A DNA stretch of 64,000 nucleotides, from positions 496,001 through 560,000 of the forward strand of contig NW_026782107.1 of NCBI RefSeq assembly GCF_031769215.1. The letters run 5' to 3'. The notes beneath the pieces are model-generated. The model worked only from the letters and a program-made list of their open reading frames with translations. It was not told the DNA's origin and made no database searches. Origin of the DNA: Ylistrum balloti. Its lineage: Eukaryota. Below, piece after piece: positions 51,491-64,000 of the stretch. Each line of letters begins with the position of its first letter. The stretch's first letter is position 1. Both the position numbers and the translations under genes were made by a program.

Positions 51491-52379
51491 TACAAACTGT
51501 GATCTGTAGGATTAAAAGATTGAATAAAAAGTTTTATGGGTTAAACCAAAGGCAAGCATAAAGTAAACTAAAAAATTGCAATTCAATTTGAAAATATATA
51601 TTTTATGTAATATAATGCAAAGTGATTGTGTTTAGTGTATGGTTAATATTTTGTTTTTTAAAAAGGCCAATGGTAGCTTGAGTACTGCAGAATGGAACAA
51701 AATACATTATTCTGTTGATATCAATACCTATATGGAAAGGGAAAACAGGCAAAAATTCCAGGAGAGCTGGGTAAATATTAAAATTACGAAAACAAAGGGC
51801 TACAACTCTTTAAAGTGTTGGACAATTTCATATTGTGGTAATAAAGCTGACTGTTTAATTGTGAAAGGAGATATCTAGACAAGATTAAAAAGCTGAAAAC
51901 ACAGAGAGAATTAACTTACCAAAGAATTCTTAGATCAAAGTGACAACTGACAGAAATGTAACAACATGAAGAGAAAATCTGACAGAAAGGAGAATCTAAA
52001 TAACAGAGAAGAGAAAATACAGATTAGAAAATGAATAATAACTGTAAATTTTTTATTGGCTGCTTGCCTATTGTTGAACTTGATGACAATTCACAAATGT
52101 TACCAGAATGATTAATCGTTAATAATGGTTGAAAAGGATAGGTGATGTCAATTGTAAATTAACCTAGTATCTAAGGGTTTGCCTTACATAAAGAAATGGA
52201 CTTAGATCAATTATGATTTTTAACTGTATTGCTCACCTGATATTCAATGTGTATTAAAATACAATCAACGTTCATTAAAAAGTAAGATTAACACATGCAC
52301 CAATGGCATTCAAAATGGGCAGATTCAATCAGTTTTAACCAAATTCCACAATAACTTTTCGTTTCCAAATTTGTCCAGC

Positions 52380-53600
52380 TTTGACCTTGAAACACCTTTC
52401 CACCAGATATTCTGCTTCTCAGGATTTTTGGTTTGCAAGAAAAAGTCTTTGGCCCATGCAACATTGAATATGGTTCCTCCAAAAAAAGACATACCTGCCA
52501 AATATCATGCTTCTAGAACTTTTAGTTGATGAGAAGAATATGGCCTGTGTTACCTTGAATACATGTCAAGGTCATTTCTTTTCGCACTATATGTCAGGTT
52601 TCATCCTCTGAACATACCACTTAAATACCACACTTCTATGCCCTTTTGATAATCAGAGGGTGTTGTTTTAAAGTTTTTAACAAATTAAACGCGGATGACC
52701 TTAGGAATGGGTCAAGGTAATTTCTATTAGCATATTTTGTCGGAATTCACACCAGCAGTCAATCAGCCATATATCATGCATCTACAATTCCTGATCAACA
52801 GATGCTTTAAGGTTTAAACAAAGTTGGCCTTTGTGACCTTGGATATACGTAAAGGTCATTTCTTCACACAAACTTTGACCTCATCTAAATATGCTTCTGG
52901 ATCTTTTAATTGATCAGAAGAAGTAAGCCCCCGTGACCTTGAATAGGAGTCAAGCTCATTCCTTTTCACAAACTTTATTGAGCATTTTCCCAGAGACCAA
53001 CCAGCCAAATATTCTTCTATGCTTTTTGATTAATCAGAAAAAAAGTTCCATATTTTAGTATGTTTTATTTGAAACCTATCAGTCCATTATCATGCTTTGA
53101 GGCCTTTAGTTAAATCAGATGAAGCTGTTTTACAGTTATAACAAAATTTGACCAATGTGACCTTAAATATAGGTCAAGGTCATTTCTTTTTTGCAAACTT
53201 TATAACGGAATTCATACTAAGGACCTCTCAGCCAAATATAGCCTTCTGGGTCTTTTGCTTCATCATTCGAGAAATCAGAAGTTGTCCGTAAGTTAAAACA
53301 AATTTGACCCTGTGACCTTGAAGATGGGTCAAAGTAATTTCTTTGACAACTTTGTCAGGATTCATTTTAAGAAACTATCAGCCCAATTTTATGCTTCGAA
53401 GCCTTTTGTTTAATCAGCAGAAATTGTATAATGGTGTTAACAAAATTTGACCGATGTGACCTTAAGTATTGGTCAAGGTCATTTATTTTTGCAAACTTTA
53501 TTAATACGAACTACATGGGTAAGTATGCTTCTGGGTCTTTTGGTAAATCAGAAGTAGTTTTCAGGTTTCAGCAAATTTAGGTCAAGATCGCTTCTTTTCG
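52380..53600. repeat. ~140-155 bp degenerate satellite-like array with palindromic TGACCTT..AAGGTCA core (HINE-type central repeats)
   Basis: GTGACCTT(G/A)A...GGTCAAGGTCATTTC recurs at ~52555, 52700, 52835, 52935, 53160, 53315 and 53458. Confidence 0.65.
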
Positions 53601-55699
53601 CAAGCCTTGTTTGGCCTTATTGAAGAAATTTGTCATAAGTACTTTGTCTTTTGTTTCTGTTTACAAAAATGTCATCTTAAATCTCTTACAATCAACACAA
53701 TTACATATTGACAAACACCAACAAAACAGTAAGATGACTTTAATTTACAACTAATTGGGGCAAAACAGGAAAATATTTCTATGGTCAGTGTTTCAGGAAA
53801 TGTTATGAAATGTTTTATACATTGTAGCACCTGACATTGAAGTCCTAGTATCTACCAAGTGTCCTCGAACTCTTCACTTCTACTGTCATTGACTTCTTTT
53901 ATTGTAGCCCCGGTGCTCGAAGTATCATCACACTTCTTCAAACGTTTTGACATGGAAATGGTAAACCAGAAATGCCCATAGGACCTGTGTTTCTCACCTG
54001 GTTTAGTTTGCTGGTATTGATTTAGCTTAAAGGAAAGGTATTTTTTTTAAAACGGAAAAAAAACTTGAATCAGTCTAGCAGGAGGAGGATTTAAAAAATG
54101 GTCCTTGTCCCAGGGGATCAATACCATAAAAAAACTAAATCTATTTCAAAATATTTTTCTTTAATTTCATACAATGGCTGATTGAAAAGTTGTGACCCTT
54201 ATAATTAGTAATTGACTTTTGGAGGACAAATTGTATTACTTTTCAACATAATCCTCCTTTTGCCAGCGAGTTATATCAGACACCGAATCCCTATAAATAA
54301 GCTTTAAAAACACACCATTCAATTTAAATAGTGTAAAGATTGATAATTTACTGACTCACTTGTAGTTTTTCTTATTCCCTATGTTATCTTGCCAAACATC
54401 ACAGCTCGGTACACAATCTTGATAAGACTAATATTTTGACCGAGACAGACATGCCTGCAATCCGTTTGACTTAGTATCATTAGCCTGAAAAACTTTTTAC
54501 ATAACTTTTAATTCGTAATTTCTATGTTGTTTATGATAGCCTCCAAATTACACATGTAATTATAATTGTGCTAATAATGTTGAATTGAATAGAATTATAA
54601 TATTTTGTAAGAACGCCGCTACATAGCTGGTTGTCCCAATTTTGGAAATCTTGGCGTTAATTGGCTAGTTGGATTTAGAACACCAATTTGCATTTTTTTG
54701 GTCACCATAGTGATCTCATCGAGAAATATTTTATTTTTTTCATATGAACCTGGACATGTTTGATGCTTGTTAGCTTGCCTGTTGGTTTTGTTGTTGTATA
54801 TCTTGTTCTCATTTGAGAATGTGACATTACAAACTTTGAGAATGCGACATTGACTGATGGATTGACCAAAATGTACATGACGGGTGTCATCAATGAAGTA
54901 GAAGATGCTTACTCTTCTGGAACTTTCAGGAGTCTCAGTTTCAGGAGTGAATATTTTTCTTTGTATTTTGCCCTAGTTTTATGGAATTTGAGTGTGTTTT
55001 TTTACAAACCCTGTGATTAGTATGAGTGAACTGACAGACGAGGCTGGTGTGATCAAATTGAAGAACAGTTCAAACTACACTAAGGCTGTACATGTGTATA
55101 CTACTGAAATTCATCAGGACTTTAGCCTGAAGCTTATATTCATACAATGAATTAAAATTGGTTATATAGAATTTCGCTATTTCTTGAAAACGTTTCAGTT
55201 TGGCGTAACGTATATAGTTTTGCATTGTCCATTTTGGAGCTTATCAGAGCTAATTCATATAATTACTAGCAATGTATAGGAAAGAAGGTTGAAGAATATA
55301 TAATGTTGGGTTCCAAGATCTCACTGGGATATCTTGTTACCTTCCCTTCCTGTCTGCTATTTCTTTCCGTGCTGAAACTGCTGCATGTGAAAACATGGGT
55401 TAACTTGAAATGATATCAAACAAAATATGAAATGACACTTGTCGAAACACTTGTGTAAATTGTTTAGAATAGCAAAGTGGTAATTGTTAGTCTTATCAAC
55501 TGGTAGTTTTCAGATAGCATGTTGTATATGTTAACCATACCAAAAAAGCTTGATGAAGTCTCATTTAGTTTGCAGGTCAATTAGTCTAACAAAATATTCT
55601 TTACTATTTGACGGGCAATGGCGACCTCATCTTGGCACCAGCAGTGTCTACCTTCTACTATTTTTCAGATTGTACAAAAGACGCAAAAGTGAGAAGCAC

Positions 55700-56890
55700 C
55701 TTCTCAACACCTGTCCTCATATAACACTGACTGTTGGTGTCCTTCTCAACACCTGTCCTCATATAACACTGACTGTTGGTGTCCTTCTCAACACCTGTCC
55801 TCATATAACACTGACTGTTGGTGTCCCTCTAGACACCTGTCCTCATATAACACTAACTGTTTGTGTCCCTCTCGACACCCCTCCTCATATAACACTGACT
55901 GTTGGTGTCCCTCTCGACACCTGTCCTCATATAACACTGACTGTTGGTGTCCCTCTTGACACCTGTCCTCATATAACACTGACTGTTGGTGTCCCTCTCA
56001 ACACCTGTTTTCATATAACAATGACTGTTGGTGTCCCTCTAAGACACCCCTCCTCATATAACACTGACTGTTGGTGTCCCTTTCAACACCTGTCCTCATA
56101 TAACACTGATTGTTGGTGTCCCTCTCAACACCTGTCATCATATAACACTGATTGTTGGTGTCCCTCTAGACACCCCTCCTCATATAACACTGACTGTTGG
56201 TGTCCTTCTCAACACCTGTCCTCATATAACACTGACTGTTGGTGTTCCTCTAGACACCTGTCCTCATATAACACTGACTGTTGGTGTCCCTCTCAACACC
56301 TGTCCTCATATAACACTGACTGTTGGTGTCCTTCTCAACACCTGTCCTCATATAACACTGACTGTTGGTGTCCCTCTAGACACCTGTCCTCATATAACAC
56401 TAACTGTTTGTGTCCCTCTTGACACCCCTCCTAATATAACACTGACTGTTGGTGTCCTTCTCAATACCTGTCCTCATATAACACTGACTGTTGGTGTCCC
56501 TCTAGACACCTGTCCTCATATAACACTAACTGTTTGTGTCCCTCTCGACACCCCTCCTCATATTACACTGACTGTTTGTGTCCCTCTTGATACCTGTCCT
56601 CATATAACACTTACTAATGGTGTCCCTCTCGACACCTGTCCTCATATAACACTGACAGTTGGGTGTCCCTCTCGACACCTGTCCTCATATAACACTGATA
56701 GTTGGTGTCCCTCTCAACACCTGTCCTCATATAACACTGACTGTTGGTGTCCCTCTCAACACCCCTCCTCATATAACACTGACTGTTGGTGTCCCTCTCA
56801 ACACCCCTCCTCATATAACACTGACTGATGGTGTCCCTATTGACACATTTCTTATGACACAGTTGGTGTCCGTCTTGATACCTGTCCTCA
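55700..56890. repeat. 42-bp minisatellite, ~28 copies
   Basis: CACCTGTCCTCATATAACACTGACTGTTGGTGTCCCTCTCAA at a 42-bp period (55711, 55753...). Decayed related units occur at ~60820-61010. Confidence 0.95.
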
Positions 56891-57534
56891 TATGACACTC
56901 AAATATGTTTCCAAGGGAGACATTAGGAAAACAAACAGTTCTTTATTTTTCGAAATATCTCATCTCAAATTCAGTTGCCCTTACCACCAATATGCTTTAG
57001 TACAACCCTGTTATAGGTAAAAAGTCACATAAATTATTTATTTTAAACGCTTCAGCACAGACATGTATATGAGTTTGAACTTATCAAAAATTTAACATAT
57101 ATGATAAGTGGTTGATCCGCTCCAGCAATACGCACTCGCTTTACATACATTCTGAGATTGTCCTTATCAGACTGTAGCTGTTGACAGTGCAGTGAACAAT
57201 ATCAAACCAAACCAAATCGTTGTATATGAGGTTATGTCTCTATATTATTTAATAATTGAATGATTCCAACCTTCAAAATTTCAAACAAACCCAATAGTAA
57301 AGTAAAGAAAAGTAAGTTAAAATCTCAAATTTTTGCCATGAAATATTCTGTTCATAAACTGACTTTGAAAGACTAGGATGGTATCAATAAAACCTCAGTA
57401 TGACAAGAGTTGTGTCCTATGTATATTTACTCTCGTAACCGTTTATAGTCTTAATACCAAAAGAACAAATACTATGGTCTATTACAAATACACTTCATGG
57501 TCTGTTTCATGCGAGTAGATATTCCAACTTCCAA

Positions 57535-60418
57535 CATTATCATTATTATTGTTATGATATTCTTAACGGCCCGTCATATCATAAAAGGTCACTAGGGCCA
57601 TTAACCGGTAAAACACACAGCGATCCAAAAGGAAATAACATTAAACAAACCAAAAGGTAAAGGACAAACGTTAAAAATCTTAAATGGGTATATTAACACA
57701 AAAGATTAAAATGGTACGTCATAGTTTATGATATAGACCAACATCTTTCAGGTATCCTAAAATTTTACAAATCTCAATAATTTCAAAAAGGGTTTTTAGG
57801 CATGTAATGTTACGATAAAAACATTCTCGAGTAGACAGAAGGTCAGTGCCGTCCAATGAAAATGTTTAACGGTGAATGGATCATCACATCCTATGCACCG
57901 AGGATTATCATCGCTATTCAATATATATGAATGTGTCGGGTAAGTATGACCCATCCGAAGACGGGCAAGGACAACTTCGTCTCGGTGGTTGTCAGTATAG
58001 CATGGAGATCATTCACCAATGACAGGTTTTACGGAGTGCAATTTATTAATGGTATATTGATTTCATTCCTCTTGCCACTAAGCTGTTGAAAATTGTTTGA
58101 TAAATGGTTAAAAATCAGTAAAATGAAGTTAAAAAAGAACAGGTGGTAGCGATAAAGTTTCCTTGGTGGCACGATCTGTTTTTTTCAATGCCTGGTATTC
58201 CTATTTGCACAGGAACCCAGAAAAAACAACGAGAAAGTTAAAGACAAGTTAATGATATAATATTAATGTATCACGGTTGAAAATATTTTCGATATTTCTA
58301 TTACTAAGACTTTGTAGAACAGAAAGAGAGTCTGAATGGAAAACAGCTCCGATTACTTTGTTTCTTTGAACATATTCAAGGGCGAGGTAGATAGCTCGCA
58401 CGTCCGCCGAGAATATTGAGGCGTTGTTAAGTAGCGTGCATCCATAGGTTTTATCTTGTGTAACCATGGCCATGGCAACCTTATCATTATCTTTTGAACC
58501 ATCAGTATATAAATATTGAAATGTTTTATGTTTTAACTGCTATTTCGAGAAGGATGAACGAAAGGTGCAACTGTCAGTGTCTGATTTAACCATTTCATGA
58601 AGTGAAAAGTCAACTTCAGGTGAATTCAAGAGCCAGGGTGGAATTTTTATTGTTCAAAATGATTTTGATCAATATCAATATTTGTGTTTTGTAAAAAAGC
58701 GGAAATTTGAATAACGAATGATGGAATGGTTTTTGGTTTGTTTTGAAACAAGGTTTTATATTTTGGATCAAATATAAGTATAAAAGATAAGATTTGAAGG
58801 ATTTGACTTTAGCTGAATGGTGTATTGCAAAGCCAATTTATTTCGATGGCTATATAGTGACAGTTCGTTATCCTATACATAGATGCTTGCTGTATGTGTG
58901 GTTTTAAAAGCTCCGAGAGCGAGTCTGATACCTTGATAATGAACAGTGTCTAATAATTTGAGAATGATGGTCTAGCAGATCCATACACGTTAGAACAGAG
59001 TCTTATTTTGATCTGATGAGAGCTCTATTAATTCTCTGTAAAACTTTTCTATCAGCTCTATGTGGAAGGAACGACAATTTCCTGTCGAATGTTAAAATTT
59101 AAAAAATTGGTTTACTCAACAAGCGGAAAGGGTACACCACAAAGAGATAGATTTGGATCGTCGTGTTGTTTCCACATTTGACAAAAATGCATACAAACGT
59201 TTTGATTGCGAAACTTTAAATCCATTTTCATCTGCCCAAATTTGTAGTCTATTCAAATATTGTTGGAATTATCTTTCGATGGTATTCATAGGCTTAGATT
59301 GATAGCATATAATAAAGTCATCAACATAAAAAGCATCCTTCATTGAAGGGGATAATGTTTTTACAATACTGTTAATTTCAAGTCCAAACAGTGTAACCGG
59401 GAGAATGTTACCTTTTTACTACTCGTAAAATCAGAGTTTGGAGGGAGATAGATAGAGCATACTGTAGGCGTTCTATGGAGCGTAACACTAACAGCAGTTG
59501 CCTGGAGGTCTGTATTTAATGGTATATTTCTGAGAGGAACTTGGTTGCCAACCAGGATAGCAACTCCACCGGTTGTTTTGTTGCTAATTGGACCGAAGCA
59601 ATCAAACAATGAATATTTTCTGAAACTGATATTTGTTTCGGTTCTGTGAGCGTTTCTTGGATACAGATTACACTAGGGATTTATTCTTGAGACAGTCGAA
59701 GAAGTTCGTCAATATTCGAACGAAGACCTCTACAATTCCATTGGATTATTGTATCCATTACTACTCAAATAAATAGAGAAAAGTGGGGGACCATTGAAAA
59801 CTAGTTAGACTTCTTGTTTAACCTAAGGTGGTTTGACAGCTTTAATAGAGATATTGGAGGATTTGGAAGCAGCTACCTGGTACTGCATATCCTCCAGACA
59901 GTCGATTTTGTTGATGGTGTGAATTGTGTCGTCAGACCCTTTTTTCCTTTCATCTGGGAAAATTTGAATTTTGCTTTCGCTTTATTTTTCCTTTTTTGAT
60001 TGGGAGCTGGTTTTGATGGGGGTTGAGGTTACTGACTTTGTTTTGACGGTGGTGGTTCTGATGACTGTGTTGATGAAGACTTAGATGCAGCAGGCCGTGG
60101 GTCAGAACGACCGTTACACATCATGTCAGTCTGTGTCCCTGCATCACATGTCTGTGTAGCAGCATCACGGGTCTGCACGGTCGTAATAACAGCCTTTGCA
60201 CGACTGGCATATGGTGGACCCGACAATGGCGTTTCAACAATCGTCCTTGCCTCAGGAAAAGTGATATTGTTGGCATACTTGACGTGAAGGATTTCCTTTT
60301 CCTTGCGCCAAGGAGGGCAATCTCTTGAATATGCTGCATGCCTTCCACCAAAGTTCGCACAGTGAGCTTGATCATCACATGCAACATCTGCTGATCCATC
60401 TTCGTGGCCTACAACTGC
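57535..60418 (-). mobile_element. RNase H-bearing LINE (I/Nimb-like), 5'-truncated in ORF1 and internally deleted
   Basis: ORF1 zinc-knuckle remnant (GHEDG..HCANFGGRHAAYSRDCPPWRKEKEI..FPEAR). ORF2 starts at 59758 with APE motifs MDTIIQWNCRGL..IQET..GGVAILV..SIYLPP and is fused directly to RT GNILPVTLF..YVDD (59317-59328). RNase H AIYLAL..SDSLSVLQSL..WVP, C-terminal C..C..H, 3'UTR stem and (AAT)n tail at ~57535-57560. Many stops. Confidence 0.92.
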
Positions 60419-61293
60419 AATTAAAAAACAAGATTAAAATATAACATTGATTCCGGTTCTTGGCTTTTTCTAGTTAGTGATGACTCATAATCAGGATTAA
60501 TTTTAACTTTAACATTGACTTTTAACACTTTAACATGTGCGCTTATACAGTGGCGCGTTGTCCGTCTGGCGTCAACAGTATTTCTTAAAATCCACGTCTC
60601 ATTAATGAAGATGCGCAGTGTAATGATTTCAGCCATGTGGCCATTCTACGAAGGTTTTTAAATTGAATGGATGACCCATTTCCATGGTCACATGAATCAA
60701 GTGTTTTATAATATTTAATCGACCTGTCTTCAATAACGTTTTTAATAACATACGTATAGATCTTTATAAAAGTTGTGAAATTCATGTCTGTCCCATTAGT
60801 AGTAGGTAAATTTCACTGGTTGTGACCCTAGTTGTTGGCGTCCCTCTTAGCGTCCTTCCTCATGTGGCACTTACTATTGATGCCCCTTTTGGTACCCGCC
60901 CTCATATGATCATGGCTGTCGGTGTCCCCTTTCGACTTCCGTCCTCATATGACACTGATTGTTGGTGTCCCTCTTGGCACCCGCCCTAATATGACACTGA
61001 TTGTTTCGAAGACGATTAACCCCATAAAAACAAAAACAAACTATGGCGTGTGACAACTAACTTCCTCATTCGAACAGTTTTGTTTCGGGAACGTAGGTTT
61101 TGTTTTCTATTGCTTAACGTCCTATTTACATCCACAGGTATTTGAGGACGGCCTCTTATGTGTTCAGGAAGCTTAAATATGTTTCCAAGAGAGACATTTG
61201 TAAAACGAACAGTACTTTAGGAGGAAAAGATCTATCTCAAATGTGGTTGCCCTTACCGCCGATACGCCCTACCTTTTAGGAAATCCGAGGATG

Positions 61294-62045
61294 TAAAACC
61301 ACACACAAACCTAACCAGACACACATGTACTTTTGCAGTAAGTATATTTAAAACGGCACACAATTTATTTATTTTAATTGGTCCAACATAGTCTTATAAA
61401 TTAGCTTGAACTTATCAATTTTAACACGTATGATAAGTGTATTAGTCGCTCTAATAAAACGCACTCGCTTTACATATATTCTGAGACTCCTTAGCTGACT
61501 GTAGCTGTTGACAAGGCAATGAACGATATAAAACAAACCCGAGGTTGCAAAACCACACACAATCCTAACCAGACACACATGTACTTTTACAGTAAGTATA
61601 GTTAAAAAAGCACATAATTTATTTATTCTAATTGCTTCACCATAGTCTTATAAATTAGTTTGAACTCATCAATTTTAACACGTATGATAAGTGTATTAGT
61701 CGCTCTAATAAAACGCACTCGCTATACATATATTCTGAGACTCCTTAGCTGACTGTAGCTGTTGACAAGGCAATGAACGATGTAAAACAAACCCGAGGTT
61801 GTAAAACCACGCACAATCCTAACCAGACACACATGTACTTTTACAGTAAGTATAGTTAAAAAAGCACATAATTTATTTATTCTAATTGCTTCACCATAGT
61901 CTTATAAATTAGTTTGAACTTATCAATTTTAACACGCATGATAAGTGGTTTATCCGCTCTTAACAAAACGCATTCGCTTCACATACAATCTGAGACTCCT
62001 TAACTACCTGTAGCTGTTGACAGGACAATGAACGATATAAAACCA
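61294..62045. repeat. ~254-bp tandem triplication
   Basis: G(T/C)AAAACCAC.CACAA.CCTAACCAGACACACATGTAC at 61294, 61547 and 61801. Confidence 0.9.
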
Positions 62046-63310
62046 GACCAAATCATTTTGAAATAATGTACCGTCACTATATGACTTTATAATAGAGATT
62101 GATTTTAATACCCAACATTTAAAACGACAAGGAAAGAAAGTTAAAATCTCGGCTTTTCCCTGCAATATTATGTTTATTAACCGACACTGAAAGGCTATGG
62201 TGGTATCAGTATGACCTCTGTATGACAAGAGTTGCTTCTTCTGTATATTTACTCTCGTAACCGCTTATAGTCTTCCTACTGAAAAAAACAAATACCATTG
62301 TCTATTAGAAACAATTAATGATCTCTTTTGAAGTGCGTTGATATTCCAACTTCCAATATTCAAACACTTTCAATCATTCATTTTTTAATACGATGTAAAA
62401 TGATATATATTTGAATCAGAAGACCTGTATGGTAAACGTATTTGCAATTAGACTCATAACAATAAAATATAACAACAATTAAGTAATGATAACTTATTAT
62501 CAGTTTTTAGCTTACTTTCTCGAGTAGCATGTGAGCTTATACAGTGACGGTGTCGTCCGTCTGTCGCTCAGTGTCAACCAAAATTACAAAAAGACTTCTT
62601 CATAAGGCTTTGAAATGTCAGTTCTGAAATTCATTCATTCTTATGGAGCTTTACAAAAATAGTGAAATTCATGCATGTCCTGTCCCATCGGTAGTATCGG
62701 ACTTTTCCCGTGAAACTTTCAGGTATTTCTTTCGGTAATTCCAAGTCATTTGCTATCGCACATCTGTAAGATTTTATCCAGGTCCATGTATTTAGAAATG
62801 ACCTATGGACGAATAGGATATGCTTATTTTATTAATAAGTACATTTCGTAGCAAAGCTATACCTATAGGTCAGACACGTGTAGATCTATCAGGTACATAT
62901 CAAATAGTTATATACATTCGTATTTAAGAGTGTTTTGTATACAAAGTGCCCAATTTGACTAGTCTTAGTGTACAGACACTCATCCATATTATGGTAATGG
63001 TGGTGGGTTGGGCACATTATTCTGTATGCCGATTCAGTTCAGCTTCATGCTTCCTAGGTGTGGGAGGCGCTAATGTGCCATACACATACATTGTAGAATA
63101 CAGGCGGTCAGCTGAATCCACAAAATACTGTAACAAAATACATCTGTAGTTATAGCTAATTGCTATAATGATTTGACAGTGTTCATATTCTTTGTTTTGA
63201 AGTTTAATCTTATCTTTAACTAATCTTCAACATTTTTTTCCTAAGATTGTACAAAAGGCATACAAATGAATATCACCTTGTAATAAATTTAAGATACAGT
63301 AGAGCCAAAT

Positions 63311-63370
63311 AATTCATACAACTGTATCACATGGCTGTTTCGTCCTTCTTGGACTCGTCAGTTATGTCAA
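63311..63370 (-). ncRNA. Type I hammerhead ribozyme motif with an intact catalytic core
   Basis: Minus strand: CUGACGA (63361-63355), stem II GUCC/AAGAA/GGAC, GAAA, stem III CAGC...GUUG, GUA triplet (63319-63317). Stem I pairing is weak. Confidence 0.62.
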
Positions 63371-63794
63371 GTGCTTAAATTTTGAAGCCTATGAGGAAAA
63401 AAGGATTTCAAAATATAGTGAATACACACACGTATGGATTTCGAATTAATTAAAAAAAATCAATTAGGACAAGGACACAGCAAAAACTAAGACTGGCCAA
63501 AGTTTGATTTATCAGTGATCTTGTGGGCATAACAGAACATGTAAAAACAAAACAAAATGTAAAATCGCTACGTAAAAAACGAATAATGTAAACAGGAACT
63601 TTCATTTTAAAACAATACGAAATTCAATCGTTATATTAAAAAGAAAGATGTAATCCCGAAAACAATAAATGAAAAAATTTAAATAAAAGAATAAAGCTAT
63701 GTGGAAAGGAATGTGAATATTTAAAAGAGACTGCATGTTTTGGAAAAAACTATTCCAGAGAGAAAAAGCCCACACGCGACAACCAATTATCACC

Positions 63795-63935
63795 ATTATT
63801 ATTATTACATTCTTAACGTAACTGATGTCATCTTGAACATAAGAAACATCTTTTGGACCAACTTCCCTTTAAGTTATTAGGCTACCACCTGAATACAAAC
63901 GGTAAAACACACAGCACAGACCGGTCCATTTCTCA
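63795..63935 (-). mobile_element. Short retroelement 3' end related to the local LINE family
   Basis: The minus strand carries GCTGTGTGTTTTACCG and ends GTTAAGAATG(TAA)n. Both blocks are shared with the LINE 3'UTRs at ~12848-12910 and ~57560-57625, but the middle differs. Confidence 0.6.
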
Positions 63936-64000
63936 GTTTTATGAAGAAAAAAGGATTTCAATAGTGAATACACACACGTATGGATTTCGAAAAATCAATT

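Noticed and set aside
55100-55130. CTGATGA on the minus strand (and at ~14911 on plus) as further hammerheads
   Set aside because: No stem II plus GAAA follows, so the core is incomplete.
55550-56422. 290-aa ORF with 14-aa Cys/Pro/Thr repeats, the longest ORF in the track
   Set aside because: It is only the translation of the 42-bp minisatellite. It switches frame mid-array (LNTCPHITLTVGV to QHLSSYNTDCWCP) with no sign of frame preservation, and the opposite strand is similarly open.
61310-61860. CTAACCAG...CA|GTAAGT in each 254-bp unit as micro-exons of a hidden gene
   Set aside because: The homologous segment in the upstream duplicate lacks the donor, there is no polypyrimidine tract, and no coherent ORF can be assembled.

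Overview
AT-rich, intron-containing animal genomic DNA. The repeat landscape (HINE/DINE-like elements, Nimb/I-type LINE, SINE tails) suggests a bivalve mollusc; this is inference. Four complete multi-exon housekeeping genes were reconstructed by hand with consistent GT-AG boundaries and reading phase. They form two consecutive head-to-head pairs: CEP76 (-, 12 exons, 662 aa) with MEAK7/TLDC1 (+, 8 exons, 467 aa), and gigaxonin GAN (-, 5 exons, 617 aa) with aminopeptidase NPEPL1 (+, 12 coding exons, 524 aa). The flanks (1-7.9 kb, 49-64 kb) and introns hold decayed Tc1/IS630 transposases, RNase H-bearing LINE copies, MITEs, many minisatellites and a diverged tandem duplication. Main observations: three hammerhead-ribozyme-like motifs (one with an intact catalytic core); apparent loss of both catalytic Cys and His in the CEP76 transglutaminase-like domain; and three tandem arrays grown from exon-end/splice-donor junctions, one of which has produced in-frame 39-nt pseudo-exons. 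No rRNA, tRNA or CRISPR array was seen. Homology calls rest on recalled protein sequences, not database searches.
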